Source of the DNA: Plasmodiophora brassicae
Taxonomy: Eukaryota
Direction: 5' to 3'
DNA length: 64,000 bases
NCBI GenBank assembly: GCA_036867785.1
Contig: CP145410.1
Location: forward strand, 1,550,001-1,614,000
The notes beneath the pieces are model-generated. The model made no database searches. It had not been told where the DNA came from and worked only from the letters and a program-made list of their open reading frames with translations. Position 1 is the stretch's first letter. Each line of letters starts with the position of its first letter. This document shows, one piece after another, positions 22,501 to 34,141 of the stretch. A program made the position numbers and the translations under genes.

Positions 22501-25500
22501 CCAGGTGCATCAGCTCACGGGGATCCACCTGAACGCACTCGTTCCGTCAGGGGGGCACGGTCCACCCAGGCGTTGCTCCCTCGGATACGAACCTCGCGGT
22601 GAACGGCCAGGGGCGTGTCGCTGAACGCGGCAGCGTCTTCGTCCTCGGGCACGGGCGCCTGCACGGACCAGACGAGCAGGGCGGCCGACAGGAACATGCC
22701 CCGTTCGAACTGTGCCAGGACAGCGCGCGTCACCGCGCCCGTGCGCCGGTACTTGGCCAGCACGTCGTGGAACTCGTCCAGCAGGCCACGGGCCATCACC
22801 TCGCCGAAGGGCGTGCCGGGCACCGTCTTGTTCCTCGACCGGCAGTGCGCGTGGAACTGCCCGCGAACCTGGCCCAGGTACCGCTGCCGGGTCGCTAGCG
22901 ACTGGAGCAGGTTGGCCGACGCCGGATCCGCGTCCGCCGGGCAGACCAGCGCCCGCACGACGTTGCGCTTGCCGGCCAGGATCGACCGCAACGACGACGT
23001 GATGCCGAACGACGGCGACACGTCGTCAGGGGCCGCGTACTGCAACTCCTGGACGTATATCTGCAGCAGGGACGACAGGTGCGATGGGACGACGAACGCG
23101 GCGTTGTCCAGCCAGCGCTGCAGCGTCTTCTGCATTGTCTGGCTGATCAACAGGCGCGATTTGGCGTCGTCCGGCAGGTCCAGCGGGGGGACGCGCAGGG
23201 TCGTCCAACCCGTCGACGACCGGCCGTCGGCAGCAATCAGGTCCAGGCCAGCCGTCGTCGACTGGACGGCGGCGACGGCGTCGAACAGCGCAAACAGGCA
23301 CGGCCTGGACCACTGCAGGAACGGGAACCGCGTCACGAGCTCCTTCAGGTACTCGCTGGCCTTCACACTGACGCGACGATATCGGCTGCAGCAGGCGCCG
23401 AACAGGAAGACGGCGTGCGACTCCAGGTTCAGCCGACGAGGCGATCCGGCCGGCCACGAGGACAGCGCCTGCGACGTACCCGTCAGTTAAGGATCGGCGG
23501 GATCTGGAAACAGCGCCGCACCTCAAGGAACAACTGGAAGACGTTGTCGGCGACGGCGTCGACCATCTTGCTGACCGTGGCCGACGTCTGATCGTGCAGG
23601 TAGTCGAACATGTTCGTGAACGTGCCCGTCGAGGCGCGCAGCGATTCCAGGGCCTCGATCGTCATCACGTAGGACACGGCGCCAACGGAGAGCGTCGTGG
23701 ACGCGGTCGCGTGCGCAGGGAGGAGAGCGGCGAGGCGGGCGCGCAGGTCTGCCAGCCCGACCTGGCTCAGACCGGATTCTGAGAACCGGTCCAGGTCGTG
23801 CGACCCGGTACTGGCGGAGCTGGGTGAGCACGACGACAGAGCGAGGCTGGGCGTCCTGGACGCAATGGTCTTGACGGCGACGGCCCATGCGGGCGGCCAC
23901 AGGTTCGGCTGGCCGCAGTCGGCGAACTTGTACAGGACGAGGTAATTCCACAGCGAGCGGAACCATTTCACGTCAGCGTCGACGGCATCGAACAGCGTGA
24001 CGGTCGTCGGCCTCGATGCGATGTCCGATTCCCAGGGCGACCGCGAATGTGCACGGTCGGCGAGCCTCGACGACGGGCGCGGGTCCATCAGGGCGGACAG
24101 CGACGGCAGGAGGAAACCGAGGGCGCCGGCCATCGACGAGAAATTGTAGATGGCGGACTGCTCCATGCGTTCCTGGATCTGACGCCCCAGCGTCTTGAAC
24201 AGCTTCAGCAGCGACTTCAGCAACCCGCTTCGCAGCTCAGCCGACGTCACGCGCGTGGCCAGTTGCAGGAGCGCATCGGGGATCTCCTTGCGGTTCCACT
24301 TGTTGTCCGGTATGAACGGCTTGCTGTAGATGTTCGTCAGGAGCGAGACGACATCGTTGAAGATCCTGGGCTCGGACACCAGCGCGATGCTCGTCAGGTG
24401 CGGAATCTGGCGGCGACAGCACACGATTCAGAAGCGGGGCGCCGTCAGACGATTTACCAGAGCGCGCGCGTCACGTACGACGATATGCAGCAGCTTCGGC
24501 GAGTTGGAGAACTTGTTGATCAGCATGGGCAGGACGTGCTCGGTCACTTTGGGATGGTTCACCATGGAGGTGACGCGACCGAGAAGCAGGAGCAGGGACT
24601 GTTCGGTGCCGGACGCCGTATCGTCCTGATCGGACGTTGACATCAGCAGCGTGTTGTCGAGGGAAAACACGAGCTTCCTGGCGATCATGTCGGTGAAGTT
24701 CCGATTGGGCATCTGAAGCTCGGCGCGCAGAATCGTGGCGAGCGCCGAGCTGACGTCCTCGTGCAACTCCTCGTGGTCGGGATGCGCGATGATGTCGGGC
24801 GTCTCCAGCAGCGCCTTCAGCTGCTCGACGGCCTGCGCAATCAGGGCGACATCGTTGACAACGAGCCGGGTGATGCCTTGTAGCATGGCGCGCCAGACGG
24901 GCTTGCACTTCCGCATCGACGAGTCGCTTCCAGGTCGTACCGCCGAGCGCATCAGTTTGAACAAGCACTGGAGCAGGTCGGCGGCCCGGTCGGGGACCGG
25001 AATTGCACACGATACCGTCAGCCCGACACAGGCCACCATCATCGGGACCGTCAGGTGCCCCGACTGCGTTCGCAATGCGGACAGGTCGGACGGCAGGCCA
25101 TCAATCTGTTCGGCGGCGCCCTCGCCGTTGCCACTGCGAGTGAACCCCAGGACGTGCAGGCCCATCTGGTACAGGCGGCCGACGACCTTTGCATCCAGGA
25201 TGTCGTCGCGAACCAGCTGCAGCGAAATCGACGAGATCGCCAGCGTCTGCGTCGCCGTCCACCGTTCGTACGATCGCCGGGCGGGGCCACGTTCGCTTCG
25301 ACTCGTCACCGACGCCTTCAGTTTCGCGGCCAGCTCCACCTGCTGGATGCAGGCGGCCAGCGCCGCGAACAACAGCGGCCTCAGCGCAGGGCCGGCCCCG
25401 GACACCACCTGCCAGGCAAGTTCAACACGACGATACGCAACGACGGCAGTGGCAGCGAGACTACCTGTTCGGACAGGGCCTCCAGGACGCCGTGCAGGAT

Positions 25501-25950
25501 GGCGTGATGGTCGGCGGGTGCCGCCAGGGCCGACTGCAGGGCGACCACAATGGCCTGGGCCGACGTCGGATGCGCCGTCTGCTGCGCGACCGATAAGCAC
25601 AGGCGATAGACGGTGTGGGAATCCGGGGCTGGATTGTACAGCGCGATGGACGACAGGTAGGCGAGCACCGACGGCAGTAACGTGGCCCCTTGCGTCGCAG
25701 ATAGGTCCGACAGCGCCAGCAGCGCGCCCTGCGACCGCTTATCGAGCGGTTGCGACCCGCACGTCTGCTCGTCGAGGCGCAGGTCAATCGACGCGCTGAC
25801 GGCGTTCACGTACGGCGACGCGTGGCGGAGCGGCGCCGACGGCAGCCGCGGGCACAGGTCGCACAGCCGCTCCGTGTGCACGACGTCGCCACCGCCCTGC
25901 GATATGCAGCTGGTCAGCAGGTTCAGCGCGCGCACGTACATGACCGTCAT
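19538..25950 (-). CDS. PI4KA: Phosphatidylinositol 4-kinase alpha (STT4/PI4KA), multi-exon
   Basis: Catalytic domain PLQSAARVPF, IFKAGDDCRQDCLALQ, YLLQVKDRHNGNILLD...HIDFGF and FKLTLEMV. PIK accessory domain LAHQLIW. Upstream conserved blocks are GPRFRLLYLGL, ELMHLVCMAPVYMFTEAAM...WSWL, FPFLQWS and FRSLWNYLVLYKF. Confidence 0.92.
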
Positions 25951-26295
25951 CGTCCTGCGCCGCGCGCTCCCAGTGCGCGCCCCGCGACAGACGCCAACTA
26001 CACGGCGCGCGCTCCCGCCCGGCCGAACAGGCACCCGGTGGGCAGCCTGCACCCACACACGAAACCCCCCGGGCCCCGGCCCGCCCCAAAAAAAGCACCG
26101 GGCCAGCACCGTTTTTGTTTTGCGTCCACAGGAGCAGTCGCCGACTGCTCCGGCGACGAGCTGCTCCCGGCGATCGTCGCTCTAAACCGCCTACACTGCC
26201 GCGATACTGGAGCAATACATTGCAGGATTGGTTGCCGAACGTTGACGGCGGATCAGTTTTCAGGTTGTGCACACGGCGCTGTTAGCAGGGCAGGA

Positions 26296-28024
26296 TCAGG
26301 GGGTGTAGGGACGGAAGGCGTCGGCGATGGCGATGACGGAGCCGGCGAAGGCGAGGGACGCGACCGCTAGCGTGGGCGACGCGTACTTGGGGAAGAACCG
26401 CAGCGTGCCGATGAGCGATGCGATGATGTCCAGGGCGAACAGGCGGGCGCAGATGTTGGTCGAGGACGGGCGGAATCGGTGCAGGGCGCGACCGATTGAG
26501 TCGAGCAGGATGAACACGCCAGTGGATAGCGACATGAGCACAACCGACCTGAACGACGACGGCGCCCCGGACGACGCCGACGCGATCTGGATTCGCAATG
26601 GAGCGCTGACGCCGAGGACGGCAGCGCCCAGAATCGGCACCTGGCAGACGAACATCTATGGACGGTGACATTGGTCGGTGCCCTCAGACGCACAGAGCGA
26701 CCCGCGGTTGCCCGACCTTGCGAGTGAACCAGTTACGACGTAGGGCGTGCATAGGATGGGCATGGCCGCGCTGCCCGGTCAGGAACATGACCACGAGGGA
26801 CATGACGAGAAGGAACCCGGCGATCATGGTGACCACGTACGACAGCGTCATGGTGTCTGGCGGGTCCACCGACAACAGCGACAGGACGGCTTGCCCGACA
26901 AAGATCAGGACGAAGCGATTGTGGCGCTCGGCGACATGCGAATCGTCTGACACAGATGCCTAGGTCGTCAGCAAGGTCGGCGACGTCCCCAGGCGCAGTA
27001 GGTGCGTGTCGACCTAGGCGTAAATGGGTCGCGCGGAACAGGGACGGCAGGTTGGCGCGGAAGAAGATCAGAGGGACCTGGGCCATCCAGAACCCCAGAA
27101 TGGCGTAATCAGGGACCGGGCCCCTACAAAGCGGGTTCAGCGGTCGTGTTGCAATCGCCGTCGCCACGCGAGCCAACCTACCAGGCGACGATCCCCCATG
27201 CACACGCCTCGACGATGGCAACAATAGACCAAAGCAGGGCGAGGGCCTGCGGACTGCCTTCCATCTTGCCGACATCAGGTAGTCGTTTGCCGAACAATGC
27301 CACCGGCAGATACAACAGTAACAGGCCAATGCGGGTCACGGTGACCGCCATTGAAAACTGGCGCCGGCCATCCCACCCCAACCTCGTGAACATCCCCATG
27401 CCAACACACCCGAACAGGTAGACGAACAGCGCTAGGCTCGTGTAGCAGTCATGACCTCGTTCGAACCTGCTGGCGCATGTTAGTACGTATATCGGGCGCT
27501 TCCCGGAACTGGACGTCGACGCGCGCGGGGCCCACCTCGTGAACCAGAATGTACAGTCGGACCATGCCCAATACAGGAACATGACGAAGATGAAGACCAG
27601 CCACTCGGCGTACCTGCAGGTGGCATGGTTGGGCGACAGCCGCCAGCCTGTGTAAGCAGGTAACGTGCGCATGGATTACTCACCGATCATGGAGTTGATT
27701 GCGCAGGAACTGGTCGGTCAGGCCGGCGATCCCCACGAAGATCAAGTCAAGCGCGACCTCGGACCAGTTCGGCAGGACACGCGTCCCGGGCGGACGAAGT
27801 CGAGGCAACTGAAACAGGGAATACGGCGCCTCGACAACGTCTGCGTCCGGCGCCGACGGCGGTGGCCCCATCGTGACCTCGCGCGCGGCCGCACCATGGC
27901 CCGCCTCGCCCAGCAACGGCGTCTGCGGCTGCTCCGCCCCGAACCAGACGTGCATGCCCCTCAACTTTGTTGAATCTGCAACTGCGGATGAAACGGCCCC
28001 GCACCGGTCCGGGGTGACGTCCAT
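26296..28024 (-). CDS. LtrA-like (low temperature requirement A) multi-pass membrane protein, multi-exon
   Basis: NWSEVALDLIFVG, YWAWSDCTFWFTRF and HVAERHNRFVLIFVGQAV correspond to the LtrA motifs W.EL..DL.FV, W.W.....Y..RF and H..ER...F.II..GE. There are many hydrophobic segments. Confidence 0.65.
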
Positions 28025-28242
28025 GGGCAGTCAGTCGTCCGGCAGCGGGCCACATAAAGTACGTCCTGGAGACGTACTTTATGTGGCGATAGGCAGCCAC
28101 GGAGTTTTTCCCAGTGGCGCCGTTGGTGGGCGCAGGTCAGCCTCCCCAGTCGGACGTCGTCGCCGCACACAACCCTAAAGCGTTGTCGCGTGTCGACGGC
28201 AAAAGCGTCCACTGGTTCGGTGTTCTATTTTAACAGATCACG

Positions 28243-29967
28243 ATGCTGTCCTGGGCGTCGTCGCTGTTCGGCGGCGGCGGAGGCGCGAGTCAGGATACGG
28301 GGGCCGGTGCCGGCGACGTGCGCGACGAACCGCGTGCCGACGTGCGCGACGAACCGCGTGCGCCGCCGGATCCGAAGGCGGCGTCGGCGCGCGGCCGTCT
28401 GGAACGATATGACCCGGCGTCGGGCACGTTCTCACCGGTCCTCGACTCGGCCCAGGTGTCCATGTTCCGCACCGACCCGGCCGGCAGCCCGTTCGCGTAC
28501 ACGTTCGTCGTCGCCGACGACAAGGGCGCCGTCCAGGTGTCACAGGCCGTCGACCATGGCATGCAGGTCCAGTTCAATCGGAACGCGCACTCCATGGTCT
28601 GGGTCCTGTCGCTCGGCGCGCCCGACGACCTCGACGCCGACCTCGTGTCGCTGTCGTTCGTGTTCGCCGACCCGTCCGAAGAGGACAAATTCAAGATGGC
28701 GATCGCCACGCGCCTCTACGAGGCATCGCGGCAGGAGAGCTTCGAGAAGACGGTGAAGTCGGCCGACTCGGCCTGGGTCCTCAATGCCAACGCCGACGTC
28801 GACGACACGTTGCCGCCTGGCGAACCGATGGAGTTCGACAGCGACTGGGGGTCGAACGACGACGACGACGACGATGACGACGCCGGGCAGCAGCAGGACG
28901 CCGACGAGTCCCGGCGTGTGATGGTGACGCCGCCCAGGGCGCGCGACGACCGACGATCGTCGGTGTTCATGAAGAACTCGCAGCTGGCCGTCGGCATGGG
29001 CAGCGACAGGAGTTTCGTCGTTCGCGGGTCGGACGTCGGCGTGTTCAAGCACGGCCGCGATGGCATGCAGTACATGGCGTCCATCGATCAAGTACGCGGC
29101 AGCGACGGCAGCGTGTTCTCCCCGACCAAGGTCATGCTGCACGACCGCGATAGGAAGATGCTGATGCTGCGGGCGGATCGCGACAACTCCATCGTCGAGT
29201 ACGACCTGGAGACGCAGCAGATCGTCCAGGAGTACAACGCCGGCGACGACAACAAGATCCGCGACATCGGCCCCGAGTCGCGGTTCGCGCAGATGACGGG
29301 CACCGAAATGATCACGGGCCTGAACCGCAACTCGCTGTTCGCCATGGACCCGCGTATCAACGCGACCAACAAGGTTGTCCAGGACTTCACGTACACGGCC
29401 AACCCGCACATGTCGTGCGTCTCGTCGACCGGGGCCTCCCAGTACGCCGTCGGCAGCGACAAGGGCGAGATTCGCATGTTCTCCGCCATCGGCAAGCGCG
29501 CCAAGACGCTGCTGCCGGGCCTCGGCCACGCCATCACGGCCGTCGATGTGTCTGCGGATGGCCAGTGGTTGCTGGCGACCACCGACCGCTACATCATGCT
29601 GGTGTCGACCCTGCTGGACGACGGGCGCACCGGGTTCCAGGTCTCCATGGGCAAGAGCAAACCCGTTCCGATCAAGCTCCAGCTGAGCCCGCAGGACCTC
29701 GTCAAGCACGGCATTCGCGAGGTGCGCTTCCGTCGCGCCACCTTCGACATGCCTGGCGACAGCAAGGAGCAGTTCATCGTGTCGGCCACCGGCAACCTGC
29801 TGGTCACCTGGAAGATGAAGGACGTGCAGCGCGGCCGCCTCAACGACTACACCGTCAAGGTCTACGACGAGAGCGTCGTGGCCGACCAGTTCCGGTACGG
29901 GCACTCGGACGTCGTTGTCGCCCTGCCCGACGACGTCAAACGCGCACGGTTCCGCAACAGGAAGTGA
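28243..29967 (+). CDS. VID27: VID27/CYPRO4-like protein (PH-like N-terminus, C-terminal beta-propeller)
   Basis: Single 574-aa ORF with NSQLAVGMGSDRSFVVRGSDVGVF, FSPTKVMLH, LFAMDPR, AVGSDKGEIRMF...KRAKTLLPGLG..ITAVDVSADGQWLLATT and L.LSPQD. Confidence 0.88.
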   Translation: MLSWASSLFGGGGGASQDTGAGAGDVRDEPRADVRDEPRAPPDPKAASARGRLERYDPASGTFSPVLDSAQVSMFRTDPAGSPFAYTFVVADDKGAVQVSQAVDHGMQVQFNRNAHSMVWVLSLGAPDDLDADLVSLSFVFADPSEEDKFKMAIATRLYEASRQESFEKTVKSADSAWVLNANADVDDTLPPGEPMEFDSDWGSNDDDDDDDDAGQQQDADESRRVMVTPPRARDDRRSSVFMKNSQLAVGMGSDRSFVVRGSDVGVFKHGRDGMQYMASIDQVRGSDGSVFSPTKVMLHDRDRKMLMLRADRDNSIVEYDLETQQIVQEYNAGDDNKIRDIGPESRFAQMTGTEMITGLNRNSLFAMDPRINATNKVVQDFTYTANPHMSCVSSTGASQYAVGSDKGEIRMFSAIGKRAKTLLPGLGHAITAVDVSADGQWLLATTDRYIMLVSTLLDDGRTGFQVSMGKSKPVPIKLQLSPQDLVKHGIREVRFRRATFDMPGDSKEQFIVSATGNLLVTWKMKDVQRGRLNDYTVKVYDESVVADQFRYGHSDVVVALPDDVKRARFRNRK

Positions 29968-30275
29968 CCTGCCTATCTACCTATGTATCGATCTATAAGC
30001 GTGCACCGTTAAATAAACTGCTTCATCGTTCACACGTCGGTGCGCGTTGCTGCTGGAACTGGCTATGTAATCAGTTTAGCCTGCGTTTACTTGACTCTAC
30101 ACACTATGGCACACGTCGTGGGGGAGCGCGTCCTCCTCGAGGGCCCAAGTCACTGCCGAGATCGGGGCTGATCGGGCGCAGCTGGACATTTGTGGTTCGA
30201 TGTGCGGGCGGACCACACAGCCAGCATAGTGCCCGGCAGTGACGAGAGGCCCCGAGAGGCGCGCGTGAGACCACG

Positions 30276-31673
30276 TCACGCGCTGCCCGCGATCGGCTCG
30301 TCGTTCAGGAATCGGCCAATGAGTTCGAACGCGTGCAGCGGCTGATCTGCGAACACGGCAACGTTAATCGACGTGCAGACGCGGCGTATGACAGCGGTTC
30401 GCCAAGTTACCCGCTGGGACCATATGGCCGGCGCCAAGCACGAGCACATGCGTCAGCGTCAGCGCGCTGCGCACGAAGCCGGCGACGGCGCCGTCCACCG
30501 TCCACGTCACCGTGTCGGCGCTCAGGTAGGCGTCGCGCCCCTCCCACTTCAGGTGGTTCTCCAGCATGGACGCCACGCCCGCGTAGCTCGTGATCCAGTC
30601 GTACTGCCCGTTGAAGAGCAGCACGCGCGTGCCGTTGCTGAGCACGTCGCGCAGGTACTCCAACGACGACACCATGTCGTCGCCGCGCAGCGCCTGGAAC
30701 ACCTTGACGCCGTCGTCGGCGTTCCACACGCGGTCGCCGGCGTGGAGCGCCCTGCGAACCTCGGGCAGCGCAAGCCAGAGGTCGAACTCCTTCGGGTCGT
30801 CGGCCGTCCCGCTAAAGTCGCGCACGTCGTAGGGCGAGAAGTTCCCGCCGCTGCCGTAGATGAAGTCGGCGGCCTCGTCCCAGACCTGCGTCGCCCGGAG
30901 CATCTCGCCCTGCTTCATCAGCGTCATGACCTCGTCCATGAGCAGGTCGGCCTGACGTTTCTGCTCGTCCGACAGGAGCCCATGACGCGCGGCGTCCTGC
31001 GTGTAGTGCGGCACCTGGGCCTCCGGGTGCGTCCACGCGCCGCAGACAGCGATCCCCGCGAGCCTGGGCATCGACCCCGGTGCCGAGTTGATGATGCGAT
31101 GGGCGATGGCCGGGATGTACTTGCCGGCATAGCTTTCCCCGGTCAGGTACAGGTCGCAGGACCTGTACTGCGGGTACTGCTCGTAGAAGCCGGCCAGGAA
31201 CGACATGAAGTCGCGCGCGCCCTGCGCGTCGTTCCGAACGTACCGGTTCGCGTCGTTCGTGTACGAGAACCCGGTCCCGACCGGGAAGTCCACGAACATC
31301 AGGTGCGCGTGTCTGTGCCATGAGAACGGGTTCGCATATAGCTGGAGTTTCTCGTCGACCTTGTACGGGCCGACCTCGGCGAACAGCCTGATTGGATGCA
31401 TGGTAAGCAACCGGGAGACGGCATCGTCACCTGCGCGGGCGGTTCGTACCCGAACAGCGAGCTGGCGCCCGGGCCACCCTGTAGCCATATGACCAGCGGG
31501 GCGTCGCTAACGTCGTCGGTGTCGGCGCAGTTGAAGAGCCAAAAGAACAGGTTCGAGTCGGTGGCCTGTTCGACGGTGACGAACCCGGCGTACTGCGTCT
31601 CGTCGACCGGGCCATAGCCGGGAAGGTATGTTACAAGGCCGCTCTTAGGCGTCTCGGTCGCCGCCGCGCTCAT
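30276..31673 (-). CDS. Serine carboxypeptidase (S10 family), copy A, 3 exons
   Basis: QYAGFV, PLVIWLQGGPGASSL, NPFSW, FVDFPVGTGFSY, GESYAG (catalytic Ser), NGQYD (Asp) and GAGHMVP (His). The last exon is DQPLHAFELIGRFL...*. Confidence 0.92.
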
Positions 31674-32384
31674 TATGGTGGGTCCAGCCTTCAATATTAG
31701 GTGCACTAGGGGCACTATAATCCGCTAATATATATGTGTGTCTGGCACGTGGCCGATGTTCAACGGGCAGGTGCTGGCCACGAGTCAGCCGCGCACGCAC
31801 GCGCGCACCAGGTGACGTCAACCGGGTCAGGCAGTCGGCCGTTCGACAACGTGTGGACGATTGGCGCCCCCGAGCACGTAGACCGTACCCCTGTGTACTA
31901 CCCCATGAGTACCGCGAGCCTGTGACGGTGCGGAACATTCTTGCGATTTCGGGGCGCTGCTGGCGCGTGGCGCCGCCCGCCAGCAGCATCAACATCGCAT
32001 TGCACCGTTAACGACATACTACTTCCTGGTTTGGCGTCGACCAATTGTGCGCAACGCGTGCGAAACCAAATGACGGCACGGGAAGGTTGCACAGTACGAC
32101 GTAGTACGAATACAGCTACGGTACCTACAGGTCGTCCGTCATACGTGGCACTGTGCGACGCGACGCACCGTAAGTTCGACACGGTGGGGCGCGGCCTCCC
32201 ACTCTGTCACGGACATTCTGGAAAACTGCGTGACTAGGTGGTGGTGGAATCGTCGGACGGACGCACCGTTCATTTTGGATAGCGGCCTGCTTCCCTCGAC
32301 ATCTCGCCAAGTGCGGCGACGACGCTTCGTGGGGCACGCGGGACCCGCCCATCGTTTGATGTATACTGGGATTATCAGGCAGAG

Positions 32385-33863
32385 ATGCCAGGAACGAGCA
32401 ACGTGGAGAGGCGCAGCGGGTTGGTCCGCGACCTGCCTGGATTCGGCGCGGTCGACGAGGTCCAGTACGCCGGGTTCATCGATGTCGACCAGGAGACGGA
32501 CGCCGCCCTGTTCTTCTGGATGTTCGAGTCGAGCGAATGCGCAAACGGTGTCCCGATTGGCGACCTGCCGCTGGTGATCTGGTTGCAGGGAGGCCCAGGG
32601 TCGTCGTCGTTGTACGGGTACGTCGTGCCGTTCTTATTTTAGGCCTGCGGGCGGACCTTTTTTGCCGCCCGCCCGCGATCCCTTTTTCGTCGACTTTGCC
32701 ATGCGCCATTTGTGATTCTTATACCGGGCCCTGCTGGCAGGTTGTTCGCCGAGATCGGTCCGTACTTTGTCGACGAAACCCTGCGACTGGAGCGGAACCC
32801 GTATTCCTGGCACAAGCACGCGCACCTCATGTTTGTGGATTACCCGGTCGGGACTGGGTTCTCCTATACGAGCGATCCGTCGCGATACGTACGCAACGAC
32901 ATGCAGGGCGCCGACGATTTCATGACGTTTCTGCGGGGGTTCTATGAGCAGCACCCTCGGTACAGGTCGTGCGATTTGTATCTGACTGGAGAGAGCTATG
33001 CTGGCAAATACATCCCGGCGATTGCCCACCGGGTTATCAATTCAACCTGTGGCACCGTGCCTCGACTGGGCGGCATCGCCATCTGTGGCGCATGGACGCA
33101 TCCAGAGGCACAGGTGCCACATTACTCGCCCGATGCTGCCCGACATGGACTCCTGTCTACCGAGCAACAGCGCACCGCGGACCGAATGATGCACGAGGTC
33201 ATGTGTTTGATGCAGAAGGGCGAGATGCTCAAGGCGACGCAGCTGTGGGACGAGGCCGCCGACTTCATCTATGGCAGCGGAGGCAACTTCTCACCGTACG
33301 ACGTTCGCGATTTCAGCGGCACGGCTGACGACCCGCAAGACTTTGACCGATGGCTGGCGCTTCCCGAGGTTCGCCAGGCTCTTCACGCTGGCGATCGAGT
33401 CTGGAACGAGGACGACGGCGTTGCCGTGTTCGAGGCGCTTCGCGAGGACGACATGGTATCTTCGCTGGAGTACCTGCAGGATGTGCTGATGAACAACACG
33501 CGTGTGCTCCTATTCAATGGTCAGTACGACTGGGTCACCAATTATTCCGGCGTGAAGGCGATGCTGGAGAAGCACCTGCAATGGGATGGACGCGAGGCCT
33601 ACCTGACTGCCGAACAATTGGTCTGGACCGTGGACGGCACTGTCGCTGGTTACGTTCGCAAAGCCGACCTGCTCACGCACGTGCTCGTTCTGGGAGCTGG
33701 CCACATGGTCCCAGCAGGTAACGCGCCGTTTGCTCCACTTGGCGATGTCGTCTGACAGCGCCGTTGCTGTACAGATCAGCCGGAGCACGCGTTCGACTTG
33801 ATCGCCCGCTTCGTCAACGACAAACCTGTCGTTGACGACGGGGCATCCGTTCTCGCCGCCTGA
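32385..33863 (+). CDS. Serine carboxypeptidase (S10 family), copy B, 3 exons
   Basis: Same motifs and intron positions as copy A (WLQGGPGSSSL, GESYAG, NGQYD, GAGHMVP, DQPEHAFDLIARF), in divergent orientation. Confidence 0.92.
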
Positions 33864-34141
33864 CGTCGCCGACCTGTCGACACCCGCCTGTAATAAACCG
33901 GGGGTTCACCACCACTAGCGACGCTTGCGCTGGGGGAATGGGCCCACGTGGTCTGCCAGAAAGCAACACCGGCGTTCGGCAATGACATGCAACGGCCAAT
34001 CGTGCAGCAGAACGCCGTCAGGGCCACGGACGGAATGATGCAGTGTCGGCGCGGCTGTGACAAAACGGGGCAGTGTGAGTGTCGGCGGACGGCGCGCGAC
34101 GTCGTCGACGTGTTACATTTTGGTCAGTGCTGCGCCCGTCG

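Noticed and set aside
28314-28362. Tandem 24-bp repeat (DVRDEPRA x2) and trinucleotide runs elsewhere (GCT at ~10197-10221, GAC, GTG)
   Set aside because: These are in-frame low-complexity coding repeats with no spacers, so not a CRISPR array or mobile element.
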